Shown here piece after piece: positions 7,205 to 15,776 of a stretch of 64,000 bases of DNA. How positions within the stretch are numbered: position 1 is the stretch's first letter; each line of letters starts with the position of its first letter. This DNA is from Pseudomonadota bacterium (GTDB lineage: Bacteria > Desulfobacterota > Desulfobacteria > Desulfobacterales > RPRI01). A program made the position numbers and the translations under genes. The DNA lies in contig JBDRRF010000076.1 of NCBI GenBank assembly GCA_043825875.1, positions 170,120-234,119 on the forward strand, given 5' to 3'. The notes beneath the pieces were generated by a model. The model made no database searches. It saw only the letters and a program-made list of their open reading frames with translations, and was not told the origin of the DNA.

Positions 7205-8251
7205 TTAAACCCTTTTCAGGTATAATGGTATATATATTAACCGGAGAGTGTTTTCGCTGAGGTATAAGTTGAACTTTTCAATATGAACGGTATCTCTTGT
7301 TATGCTTTTAAGCAAAAAGGGGTTTCTTTTGATCTTTTGTAAAAAAGCATAAAGATCTATTGCAAAACCGCTATTGCTTTTAATCTTATAAGGTTTACTT
7401 CTCTCTTTTAATTTTATTTCACCTTTATTATTTGTAATTGCTTCATTTGCAAGAAAGTATTCTATAATTTTAAAAAGAATTTGATCTCTGGGATTAATTC
7501 TTATTTCTCGTTCTTTTTCTTTTTGCTTTATTTTTGCAATGCTTTTCTTTTTGCTTTCCAGGTATTTCTTTTCGGCTGCTGGCCGTAATTCATCACTTTC
7601 ACTCATAAACCGATGTATTAAAAATGCGTCCATTTTTGCTCTATTAATTGTTGCTGCTCGTTTTGAGTACGTTCGGGCATCTTCAAGATACTTCATAGAA
7701 GAACTATCTTCTTCAAATCTCATACCTTCCACTAAAAAACTTTTTACAGAGAATATTGCCATTTCAATAGCAAACAGATTAAACAGTGCCTCCGAATCGA
7801 TTTTTTCCCTCGCGCCTGGACTTACTCCATTAGTGCAAAGTGCCTCTCGCCATATTACCTCTTCTGGAATGCCACATTCGCCTTTCATCCCTGAATAGTT
7901 GTTACGATATCTTTTAAAAAGTGCTGCTGAAGCATTTAAACTATCCGTGTAAATAGAATCTGCTCCCCGTTTGTAAATAGCGCGTAAATCTTCAAGAAAT
8001 TTTGCAGGAAAACCGATAAGGCTTTCAATAACCTTTGAGGAAGGCCAAAGAGAATTCCCTAAGCATGGCACGTTATCTTCAAGGTGAAAACAAACAATAA
8101 AATTTGTGCGGCATTCTCTTATAATTAAAAGGCATTCTTGGAAGTATTTACTTTCAATTTCCAAAGATTCCAACCGCTGAATATCTCCAAATATCGGGCA
8201 TCGTTCATTATAAAATTCTGTTTTATAAGGATTGTTTTCAAGTTTATTCAT
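7205..8251 (-). CDS. Hypothetical accessory protein (348 aa)
   Basis: Long ORF; no recognised motif. Confidence 0.7.
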   Translation of the reverse strand: MNKLENNPYKTEFYNERCPIFGDIQRLESLEIESKYFQECLLIIRECRTNFIVCFHLEDNVPCLGNSLWPSSKVIESLIGFPAKFLEDLRAIYKRGADSIYTDSLNASAALFKRYRNNYSGMKGECGIPEEVIWREALCTNGVSPGAREKIDSEALFNLFAIEMAIFSVKSFLVEGMRFEEDSSSMKYLEDARTYSKRAATINRAKMDAFLIHRFMSESDELRPAAEKKYLESKKKSIAKIKQKEKEREIRINPRDQILFKIIEYFLANEAITNNKGEIKLKERSKPYKIKSNSGFAIDLYAFLQKIKRNPFLLKSITRDTVHIEKFNLYLSENTLRLIYIPLYLKRV

Positions 8252-8284
8252 TGCTTGTCCATTTGCAATGCGTCCTGAAATTTA

Positions 8285-8340
8285 TTGAGGGAAGCTGGCA
8301 GGACATTTCCAGCTTATCGGCCCGTCGGCCTATCCCTCAA
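8285..8340 (-). ncRNA. Structured cis-regulatory RNA (TAGGC..GCCGATA family)
   Basis: Minus strand TTGAGGGA-TAGGCCGACGGGCCGATA-AGCTGG-AAATGTCCTG-CCAGCT-TCCCTCAA. Confidence 0.65.
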
Positions 8341-8341
8341 A
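8313..8341 (+). repeat. 29-bp direct repeat, left of TA module
   Basis: CTTATCGGCCCGTCGGCCTATCCCTCAAA, identical at 9020-9048. Confidence 0.9.
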
Positions 8342-8352
8342 AGTATTTGTAA

Positions 8353-8703
8353 TCACATAAGCACCCGGTAATCAATCTTGAGTGCATCGCCAAATAACCG
8401 GGCATTTTTCCGGCCTATAACCCTTTTCCCGTTTTCCATTTCAGAAATGTGACGCTGAGGGATTCCGGTCAATTCGGAAAGTTGCCCTTGCGTCAAACCC
8501 TCTTTATGCCTTGCGCCTGATAGGGCGACACCGGGAGAATTGTCTTTAAATTCAGGAAAGGCATCTCTCCAGGGAATAGTATCCGATGCATCCTTATAGC
8601 CGATAGACTTCATCAACTTGACGGCCTTATCTTTCTCCGACACCGGCCCGGAGAACGTTAATACAATGCTTTTAGTACGGCGCTTTTTCGTGTGTTCCAG
8701 CAT
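8353..8703 (-). CDS. XRE-family HTH antitoxin (HigA-like)
   Basis: GLTQGQLSELTGIPQRHISEMENGKR; overlaps upstream toxin. Confidence 0.85.
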   Translation of the reverse strand: MLEHTKKRRTKSIVLTFSGPVSEKDKAVKLMKSIGYKDASDTIPWRDAFPEFKDNSPGVALSGARHKEGLTQGQLSELTGIPQRHISEMENGKRVIGRKNARLFGDALKIDYRVLM

Positions 8704-8953
8704 AAACAACCTCGATCAATTGTATTTCATTATCAATAATCTGCCAAACCGCAACATAGGTCGGCTGACCCTTTTTTAAATGGCAATGGTGCCTCTGATC
8801 TTTCAGTTTGCCATAATTTGGCCAGTTGCCCCTTATCGGCCCTTTGAGTTCAATCTCTCTCAACAGGGCAAAAAGAGATTTCTTCGCCCTGACAGGCAAC
8901 CGGTCAATCATCTTGTTTATCCGCCTGGGAATTACCACCTGCCATTTAATCAT
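8672..8953 (-). CDS. RelE/HigB-superfamily toxin
   Basis: GPIRGNWPNYGKL, HHCHLKKGQPTYVAVW, EVVYAGTHEKAPY; toxin precedes HTH. Confidence 0.8.
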   Translation of the reverse strand: MIKWQVVIPRRINKMIDRLPVRAKKSLFALLREIELKGPIRGNWPNYGKLKDQRHHCHLKKGQPTYVAVWQIIDNEIQLIEVVYAGTHEKAPY

Positions 8954-9019
8954 GATAATAATATACCTTTTTTTAGTATCAAATCAAGATTTATTTTTTA
9001 TCGTTTACATTTGCCGCTT

Positions 9020-9048
9020 CTTATCGGCCCGTCGGCCTATCCCTCAAA
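9020..9048 (+). repeat. 29-bp direct repeat, right of TA module (overlaps integrase stop)
   Basis: Identical to 8313-8341. Confidence 0.9.
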
Positions 9049-10213
9049 CTTCGTTTGCTGCTTTAACCTTTGATGTTTTGTTCGCTGGCTTGTTTATTAT
9101 ATCCCCTGCAAGCGCTGAGGCTCTTTTCAATGCGTCATCTCGCAAGTGTGCATACCTTTGAGTCATTAGCGGGCTCTTATGAGTCAGAAGCCTTTGCAAG
9201 GTGTATAAGTCAACTTGCCCAGAGCTTGCCAACACAGACGCATAAACATGACGGAGCCCATGCATCGGCCTAAATCCAACAGGAAGTCCAGCCTTGTTTC
9301 GGATACGGTCAACGCTTTTTCTATTCAAAGTAGTTAAATGAGATCCTTCCCTTTGCCCTGGGAAAATCCATCCATTACTTCCTGCTTTTTCTATTTTTTC
9401 TAATACAGCTAACGCAGAGCCGTTTAAAGGGATACTCTGATCTTGCCCGCCCTTTGGGTTACGGATTGTAATAAAACCCCGCTCAAAGTCAATGTCCTGC
9501 CATTTTAACCGGAATATTTCGCCCCGTCTCATGCCTGTATAAAGTGCAAGTTTCATAATACTTGCCGTTGTCTGATCTTCATCTCTCTCTAAAACAGCCA
9601 GTAAAGATTTAATCTGATATTCTGTTAGATCTTCTGTTGTTTGGTTGTTCAATCTTGGGATTTCAATTTTAAAAGTAATAGGAGAAGTCTTGCCCTTTTT
9701 CACGCCATAATTGAGAGTCCGGCGAAGGATTTCAAGCACCCTTGCTGCTGTTGTCTTATGTCCCTTTTTTAATAACCCCAAACGGAGCCGATCAACATCA
9801 AGCGGAAGAAGTTGACCCGGTTCTTTATCGCCAAGCACCTGCCTTATGTGAACATCGAATTTTCTTTTCTCCGCATTTATAATTTTATTGTATGGATTAT
9901 TTTCACAGTATGAATCCCAAAGTTTCGCAATAGTCCATCGGGTATTTACAGCTTCCTTCCTTGCCTTTTCAACTTCTCTTTTTTCTGTATTTGAAGTTTG
10001 ATTCCCTTCAATTTTTTGTGCCCGGATACGCGCTGCCTTTGCAGGAGTCATATCATCTTGGAATTGACGCCCCACTTTTTCATCAATTGCTTTCCCTGCT
10101 TTCCGATAACGGATATAATAAATCCTTTCCGGCCGGCCTGTAACTATTCCCTTGCTTTCAATATAATATACTCCAGGATATTTTGTCTTGATTCGTAAAA
10201 ATGATTTTGGCAT
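9044..10213 (-). CDS. int: Tyrosine recombinase/integrase
   Basis: LALYTGMRRGEI, HGLRH, LLTHKSPLMTQRYAH; AGAGG RBS before ATG 10213. Confidence 0.95.
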   Translation of the reverse strand: MPKSFLRIKTKYPGVYYIESKGIVTGRPERIYYIRYRKAGKAIDEKVGRQFQDDMTPAKAARIRAQKIEGNQTSNTEKREVEKARKEAVNTRWTIAKLWDSYCENNPYNKIINAEKRKFDVHIRQVLGDKEPGQLLPLDVDRLRLGLLKKGHKTTAARVLEILRRTLNYGVKKGKTSPITFKIEIPRLNNQTTEDLTEYQIKSLLAVLERDEDQTTASIMKLALYTGMRRGEIFRLKWQDIDFERGFITIRNPKGGQDQSIPLNGSALAVLEKIEKAGSNGWIFPGQREGSHLTTLNRKSVDRIRNKAGLPVGFRPMHGLRHVYASVLASSGQVDLYTLQRLLTHKSPLMTQRYAHLRDDALKRASALAGDIINKPANKTSKVKAANEV

Positions 10214-10227
10214 TTTAAACCTCTTTT

Positions 10228-10290
10228 TGTTCCCCACACTACACAATAATTATAACCACTGCTTTTTATTCCCCACACTATTCCCCACAC
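10228..10290 (+). repeat. Putative integrase arm-type sites (3x TTCCCCACAC)
   Basis: Copies at 10228-10239, 10266-10278, 10279-10290. Confidence 0.7.
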
Positions 10291-10413
10291 ATAAATTAAA
10301 TATACAGGTAATAAAAAGTAAGTCAATAAAAATAATACTCAATAATAATCTATTATTTCAAGGTATTTAATGACATAAATAAAAAGGAAGGTAAATTAAG
10401 GTAAATAGCTTAA

Positions 10414-10466
10414 AAGTGGCTGTTAACCACTTTGTCCGCGGTTCGAGTCCGTGCTGGGGAGCCAAA
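10414..10466 (+). repeat. att core, right copy (3' part of tRNA-Asn)
   Basis: Identical to 2128-2180. Confidence 0.95.
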
Positions 10467-10472
10467 AATTAT

Positions 10473-10502
10473 AGCCCGTTCATTAATTGAGCGGGCTTTT
10501 TT
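10473..10502 (+). terminator. Probable original tRNA-Asn terminator
   Basis: AGCCCGTTCA-TTAAT-TGAGCGGGCT-TTTTT. Confidence 0.75.
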
Positions 10503-10616
10503 ATTGGATTTTATCATGTGATACGTATATATTAGTAATAGTTACGGTTTATAAATAACTTATGTTTTCGGAAATGCGTTCAATCCCATAAGGATGTATT
10601 GAAAAACCAAAATGGG

Positions 10617-10659
10617 AAAAGACGGAAATCGATACGAATTCAAATTCCCGTCTTTTTTT
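10617..10659. terminator. Probable terminator at end of cytochrome operon
   Basis: AAAAGACGGAAAT...ATTCCCGTCTTTT. Confidence 0.5.
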
Positions 10660-10662
10660 GTT

Positions 10663-11349
10663 TTATACTTCTTCAGCAGATGCGCTTTCAGAACATAATC
10701 CGCGAGATGCTTTTTCCCAATCTTCTACTTCTTCGCCTTCTTCGATTTCTTCCCACCCGGTAATCATGGCCTTTATATGTGCAAAAATTGAGTGGCCGGT
10801 TGTAGTCATATAAACATGCACAACGATAAACGCGAGGATGGAGAATGCTCCGGCCAAATGAATCAGCGCCACAACGTTTAAAGAAAGAAAATCAAGTCCC
10901 CAACTCTCCCAGGAATTATATGTCCAGTAGAAAATTCCCGTGAACATCTGGATGGGCAAAAGCATTGCTGCCAGAAAGAGATAGGTCAGTCGTTGTAATG
11001 GATTGTGTTTGGCGCCTTTTCGTTTCGGCACCGGGTGCGATTCGCCTTTAAAAATACCAAAACCATAGTAATGTACGACCTCCAACAGCTTTTTTGTAGT
11101 TGGAATATACTGTTTCCATTCACCGGTCGTAAATATCCAGAACACGAAAAACGCAAAAGCAATCAGCCAGGTAATGCCAAGGAAATTATGCACCTCAACA
11201 GCCCGTTCAAAACCAATTAGCGAGTAAACACCGTGGATTTCAAAACCTGTTATAAGCAGCAAAAAGATCAGAAGCATTTGCAGCCAGTGCCAGAAACGCT
11301 CGTAGCGGGTGTACAGATAGGTGGTTATAAGTTTTATTGAATGCATCAA
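10663..11349 (-). CDS. Cytochrome b (Ni/Fe-hydrogenase/PhsC-like b-type subunit)
   Basis: ERFWHWLQ, TGFEIHG, HNPLQRLTY, HVYMTTTG, AMITGWE. Confidence 0.9.
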   Translation of the reverse strand: MMHSIKLITTYLYTRYERFWHWLQMLLIFLLLITGFEIHGVYSLIGFERAVEVHNFLGITWLIAFAFFVFWIFTTGEWKQYIPTTKKLLEVVHYYGFGIFKGESHPVPKRKGAKHNPLQRLTYLFLAAMLLPIQMFTGIFYWTYNSWESWGLDFLSLNVVALIHLAGAFSILAFIVVHVYMTTTGHSIFAHIKAMITGWEEIEEGEEVEDWEKASRGLCSESASAEEV

Positions 11350-12981
11350 TTACTCCTCCTTCTTACGACCATTGGTAAAGATCCTGCCCAGAGCGTGGAG
11401 AACAATACCACCAAATGAACATAGAACAATGGCCCATCCGGCAAAGTCGATAATATTGACTTTGTCGCGTCCCGGCATATAAAACCCAGCCAGATTGGCC
11501 AGACGGCTGTCAGGCCGTGTGTGACACTGACTGCATTTCAGCGCTTCTTCCCTGGGAGAAACCATATGGGTGCTTGGAAAAACATAGGCAGTTTCTACAA
11601 AGTCAATTTTGCCGCTAAATGGCAGATCCAGATATTTTGCGCCCCGCTGAATGGAATCCTGCCAGTCAAAAGTGGTCCAGTATCCATGTTCTCCTGATAA
11701 AAGCGGCGTTGTCATTGTTTTGTTTACCGTGTCATAGGGCTGTTTGCCCGAATGAATATTAAAGGGGAAAATACGTGCGTTTTTATCATTACGATTTCCA
11801 TTCGGCCAGGCCAGTTTGACTATCTTGCTCGGATCAATCATATCTTTGGCTGTGACCCCTTTGATGGAACCGTTGAACCACAGATATTTTGGGATCACAT
11901 TTTTTTCCCATTTTGTATCTCCTTTGGTCGTTTGATATACGGGCTTTCCGAAAGGACCGTATACATCATAAGGCTTTCCGTCTTTTTTCTTTCCTGCCTT
12001 GGACCAGTCCCACCATCTTTGAACAGGTAAAACTTTCGCAATAACAGGAACATGACAGGCCTGACATGCAACCTTGTCCGTATGGTCATTCATTTTACTG
12101 CTTAACGCATGAGGCTTGTCACTGTGACAGGATTCACACATAATTTTGGGTTCAAGATCGTGCTCAAGAAGGCTGTGACGCGTTTCAGAAGCCGGTGTTC
12201 CGTAAATCCTTCCTGCAACATGGTGCGCAATGGTTGTATGGCATCTGGTGCACTCAAAATCCTGGCCATCATATCCCATATGAACATCGAGTTCTTTGTT
12301 GGGATTAATTAAAGAAGGATCCAGATCACCATGCTTAACACCATCTCCACCTCCACCGGAAAAATGACAGGTACCGCAGTTTTTGCGCGTTGGGCGTCCG
12401 ATACTCTGGACAACTTCGTGGATTTCAGCCTGAGCGTCTTTGGCAAGAGCTTTTTCTTCCGGATCTTTTGACTCAGCAAAATACTTATAATCTCCAAAAA
12501 CCTCTTCCCAGTTGATTTTTTTCCGGCCATGACATTTCAGACAATCGATTTCTGTTTTCTTGCCTTCCTCATTCCATCCAATGTGACATTCGTTGCAGTG
12601 ATGATCATTCATTGCATTGGCTGAAATACAAAAATTGTTTACCGAATATCCGGCCTTGCCCATTTTATTATCCTTTGGTGAATTGGGATCAAGCCACGTC
12701 CAGTGAAGCGTTTTTTTCAACTGGTTGGCCGCTTCTGTATGGCATGAAAGACAGGCTTTACTGATTTCGGGTCCTGATGTAAAATTTTGATTCAATGCTT
12801 TAAACTGTGAATGATCAGCTGTGGTAGTATTCTTTGCTTCTTTAACTACCTGCCGGGCAAGTTCCAAACCGGGTGCATCCTGATCCTGATTTGCAAATAA
12901 AAGTGTAGACGCAAAAAACAGGAAACATATCCACAGGAAGAATAATACATAACTTTTATGTGTTAATTTAAACCTCATCAT
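11350..12981 (-). CDS. Octaheme c-type cytochrome, tetrathionate reductase (OTR) family
   Basis: Eight CxxCH (CLSCH, CNECH, CLKCH, CGTCH, CTRCH, CESCH, CQACH, CSQCH), NNFC, GGGGDGVKHGDLD; signal peptide and C-terminal TM helix. Confidence 0.92.
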   Translation of the reverse strand: MMRFKLTHKSYVLFFLWICFLFFASTLLFANQDQDAPGLELARQVVKEAKNTTTADHSQFKALNQNFTSGPEISKACLSCHTEAANQLKKTLHWTWLDPNSPKDNKMGKAGYSVNNFCISANAMNDHHCNECHIGWNEEGKKTEIDCLKCHGRKKINWEEVFGDYKYFAESKDPEEKALAKDAQAEIHEVVQSIGRPTRKNCGTCHFSGGGGDGVKHGDLDPSLINPNKELDVHMGYDGQDFECTRCHTTIAHHVAGRIYGTPASETRHSLLEHDLEPKIMCESCHSDKPHALSSKMNDHTDKVACQACHVPVIAKVLPVQRWWDWSKAGKKKDGKPYDVYGPFGKPVYQTTKGDTKWEKNVIPKYLWFNGSIKGVTAKDMIDPSKIVKLAWPNGNRNDKNARIFPFNIHSGKQPYDTVNKTMTTPLLSGEHGYWTTFDWQDSIQRGAKYLDLPFSGKIDFVETAYVFPSTHMVSPREEALKCSQCHTRPDSRLANLAGFYMPGRDKVNIIDFAGWAIVLCSFGGIVLHALGRIFTNGRKKEE

Positions 12982-13079
12982 AGTATATCCATTTTTTTAT
13001 TGCTGCCAAGGCACAAGAGACACAAATAAAGAAGTAGAAAATATGTCTTTGCGCCTTTCGACATTCATATCAAATAAAT

Positions 13080-13424
13080 CTACTTGCATTTTGCCGGGGA
13101 TGGAGAATCTGCCGCATGTTCATATAAATACGAATAAATGTCGTTCAAATCTTTTTCTGACAATTTGCTCCATTCTTCACTGCATTTAAACTGATCAAAA
13201 TCTTTTTTTTCGAAAGTCCGCTTCCATTGGGCCTGTGTTTTTGAATCAGGACTCAATAGCGGTTTGGGAGAATCAATTTCACCACGCTTGCTGCACGCTT
13301 TATAAACATTACGATACGTGTATTTACCTTTTCGCGAATTGCCGTCTTCACCGGCAAAACCAATACCGATAGAAGTAAATACAAAACCAATTACCATTAA
13401 AGTTAATACTACTTTTTTTAACAT
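13080..13424 (-). CDS. Periplasmic cytochrome-c-like protein lacking canonical CxxCH
   Basis: Signal peptide; GNSRKGKYTY..YKACS; LSEKDLNDIYSYLYEHAADSPSPAKC. Confidence 0.6.
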   Translation of the reverse strand: MLKKVVLTLMVIGFVFTSIGIGFAGEDGNSRKGKYTYRNVYKACSKRGEIDSPKPLLSPDSKTQAQWKRTFEKKDFDQFKCSEEWSKLSEKDLNDIYSYLYEHAADSPSPAKCK

Positions 13425-13470
13425 GTTACCTCCTTATATTTATTAAAAATTATATTGCTTAGGATTTTAA

Positions 13471-13785
13471 TTAAAAAACCACATATCGATCCATGTTAGC
13501 CACCATTTCAGCATTTTTTGCCTGGGTGGCAAAGTCTTTGAAACCAACGCCAGGAACCTCATCTTCACGCCCGTGCAACCCATTAGCTCTGAAACTGACA
13601 TCACATATTGCCAGTTTTGCTTTTCCCACCAGTTTCTTAAAATCAGGTTTAAGCGTCAGAAGCACACCCTTTCCTGTAAAAAATATATGAACATCTTTTC
13701 CTTTCAAATGGGCGGCCCGTGTCAGGTTGACAACATAATCAAGATGCTTATCAGTATTTACAAGAATACCCAGCGTATCAGCCAT
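13471..13785 (-). CDS. DsrE/TusD-like sulfurtransferase
   Basis: VHIFFTGKGV, LAICDVS, DRYVVF C-terminus. Confidence 0.7.
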   Translation of the reverse strand: MADTLGILVNTDKHLDYVVNLTRAAHLKGKDVHIFFTGKGVLLTLKPDFKKLVGKAKLAICDVSFRANGLHGREDEVPGVGFKDFATQAKNAEMVANMDRYVVF

Positions 13786-13829
13786 AGCCTTTACTCCTTC
13801 CTAAAATTGATATTGATGTCATTTACTTG

Positions 13830-14003
13830 CTACCACCAGCAAATGACCTTATCGTGTAAAAAAATATCATCCACAAGCCCTTCCCAGTCAACATTGCCTT
13901 CATATAGCATTATAACAGATGACTGATTCTCTTTGGAAACAGCTTCGCCAAGTTTTTCAACGGTTTCATCCGGTTCTGATCTTAGGATATTAAGTACTTT
14001 CAT
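13830..14003 (-). CDS. DsrH/TusB-like protein, 57 aa (not in ORF track)
   Basis: MKVLNILRSEPD...VDWEGLVDDIFLHDKVICWW; AGGA RBS. Confidence 0.7.
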   Translation of the reverse strand: MKVLNILRSEPDETVEKLGEAVSKENQSSVIMLYEGNVDWEGLVDDIFLHDKVICWW

Positions 14004-14014
14004 TTTATTATCCT

Positions 14015-14302
14015 TTAAAATGGTATTACAAGGTCAGCTTCATTGATTTTTACACCAACATCCGCCAGGGTAATATATTTAAAGCCGTATTTTTCCACAT
14101 TGGCCGAATTATTTGAAAACCTTTCACCTTCCATTTCATCTAAAAATTCCATATTGTCACTATACGCCTCATCCATGTTGGAAATTTCATGGTGAAGAAC
14201 AAACATCTGAACGTTTGTGTCCTCAAGCAAAAGACCCAGGCTGGTTCTAAGCCCCTCATACTGTTGATCTGTATCTTTGATGATAACTGCAACTTTTTTC
14301 AT
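14015..14302 (-). CDS. DsrF/TusC-like protein
   Basis: MKKVAVII..EGLRTSLGL...EADLVIPF. Confidence 0.65.
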   Translation of the reverse strand: MKKVAVIIKDTDQQYEGLRTSLGLLLEDTNVQMFVLHHEISNMDEAYSDNMEFLDEMEGERFSNNSANVEKYGFKYITLADVGVKINEADLVIPF

Positions 14303-14311
14303 GATTGACTT

Positions 14312-14557
14312 TTACCCCTTTTTAATAAAATATCTTGTGTGGCCTTCTGAAGAATCCAGCATGCCGATAAACTGATTTCCCCCTTTATTTCCAAAATCAG
14401 GTATGTCCTTTTTTGATCCCGGATCAGTTCCTAATATTTCCAGAATTTCACCGGATGCCATTTCTTTTAAGGCTTTTTTTGTCTTTAAAAGCGGCATGGG
14501 GCAAGTAAGGCCACGGGTGTCTAAGACATTGTTTGGTTGAATATTTTCAAGATCCAT
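14312..14557 (-). CDS. tusA: TusA-family sulfurtransferase
   Basis: LDTRGLTCPMPLLKTKKAL, TDPGS. Confidence 0.9.
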   Translation of the reverse strand: MDLENIQPNNVLDTRGLTCPMPLLKTKKALKEMASGEILEILGTDPGSKKDIPDFGNKGGNQFIGMLDSSEGHTRYFIKKG

Positions 14558-14581
14558 AAATATAACTCCTCTTTCCTGTTA

Positions 14582-15751
14582 TCAAAATATAACAAATTTT
14601 TCCGTTTCTTCATTCCACATGGCAACCAGAACCCAGACCAGAAAAAACACCAACATAAAAGGTATAGTAATTTGCCATGTAAGTATATCCGGTATAAACA
14701 TGTCCTGGCCGAGTTTTTCATACAGGTTGCTGTTAAGCAAAACTTTAGACACTAGTGAATTGGTCAGCACAAATGTCACCAGAGTCACCATAAGCTTGGT
14801 TTGCCCTTCACCCACACGCCATAAAGTACCACTGGCACACCCTCCGGCCAGAATCATCCCGATACCGAAAATAAAACCGCCCATCAAGCTGCCTAAAACA
14901 AAAGGATGGTAAACACCCATAGACGGCTCCTGGAGATACGCCCATTTTATTACAGCTGTTCCCGTAAAATAAATGATAATACTAATCACCACCACTTTTA
15001 CCATTTTCGCCTCACCGGTCATGAATGGATCACGAAAGGGGCGCACAAAACAAAATCGCGAACGATGCATAACCATACCGATTAAAAAGCCGAAAAAAAG
15101 CCATCCACCCAACTGTGTCTTGTTTAAAAATGCATAGGTATAAAAAACAACGATTATACCGATGGCCACCACCACCCCTACATACGGTTGGATTTTTAGC
15201 CAATCAAAGGTCTTGGGTTTTGTTGCATCTTTTGGTTTTGCATAAACCGTCTGGCTCGGAATATTCTCCATTTCCCAGAGCAAATAACGAAGGCCCACCC
15301 ATGCACCTGCACCTAAGCCGATCATCATTGCAAATCCGCCTGCCGACATCATGACAACGGCAGAAAAGAAGCCGCCCACATTACAACCCTTGGCCATTGA
15401 AGCCCCGGCGCCCATAAGTATTCCGCCCACAAGACCTTTTGCATATTCAAGTTTGGGCGCCGGATGGATTTTAAATTGACGTGCCATAAGTGCTGAAACA
15501 AAGGCTCCGGTTACGATACCGGCATCGGACAGTGAAACCGGATGAAGCCAGGATGCCACAGGACGTTCTTTGTATGCTCCCACAAGATAGTAAAACCAGT
15601 CACCCCAGTTATTTAAACCTGCTGCAATTCCCCAGGGACTCTGCCAAAGGAACATCATAAGCGCAATGATGGCAACTAATATACCAGCCAACCATGAGGG
15701 CCATTCCTGTTCAAAAACAGCAATGTAGTAATTTCGTATTTCCGTTTTCAT
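14582..15751 (-). CDS. YeeE/YedE thiosulfate/sulfur transporter
   Basis: GCNVGGF, RSRFCF, LAGGCASGTL; multiple TM helices; RBS supports MKTEIRN start. Confidence 0.9.
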   Translation of the reverse strand: MKTEIRNYYIAVFEQEWPSWLAGILVAIIALMMFLWQSPWGIAAGLNNWGDWFYYLVGAYKERPVASWLHPVSLSDAGIVTGAFVSALMARQFKIHPAPKLEYAKGLVGGILMGAGASMAKGCNVGGFFSAVVMMSAGGFAMMIGLGAGAWVGLRYLLWEMENIPSQTVYAKPKDATKPKTFDWLKIQPYVGVVVAIGIIVVFYTYAFLNKTQLGGWLFFGFLIGMVMHRSRFCFVRPFRDPFMTGEAKMVKVVVISIIIYFTGTAVIKWAYLQEPSMGVYHPFVLGSLMGGFIFGIGMILAGGCASGTLWRVGEGQTKLMVTLVTFVLTNSLVSKVLLNSNLYEKLGQDMFIPDILTWQITIPFMLVFFLVWVLVAMWNEETEKFVIF

Positions 15752-15776
15752 ATTCAATAAATCTGTCCCCTTTATA

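Larger units (their letters stand above)
2128..10466. mobile_element. tRNA-Asn-integrated element, probable phage satellite (PICI-like)
   Basis: 53-bp direct repeat at both ends; integrase, AlpA/Xis-like HTH, Rep-like gene plus iterons, TerS-like HTH and cos-like sites; no capsid, tail or lysis genes. Confidence 0.9.

Noticed and set aside
8832..8842. Third partial copy (CTTATCGGCCC) of the 29-bp repeat
   Set aside because: Only 11 bp and inside toxin coding sequence; may be chance
10414..10466. Second tRNA-Asn gene
   Set aside because: Lacks the 5' acceptor strand and D arm; it is the att duplication
13008..13056. Imperfect inverted repeat between cytochrome genes
   Set aside because: Weak stem with a long loop; function cannot be supported
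13471..15751. Selenocysteine recoding in the sulfur-relay genes
   Set aside because: Cys codons are present at motif positions and the ORFs end at expected lengths
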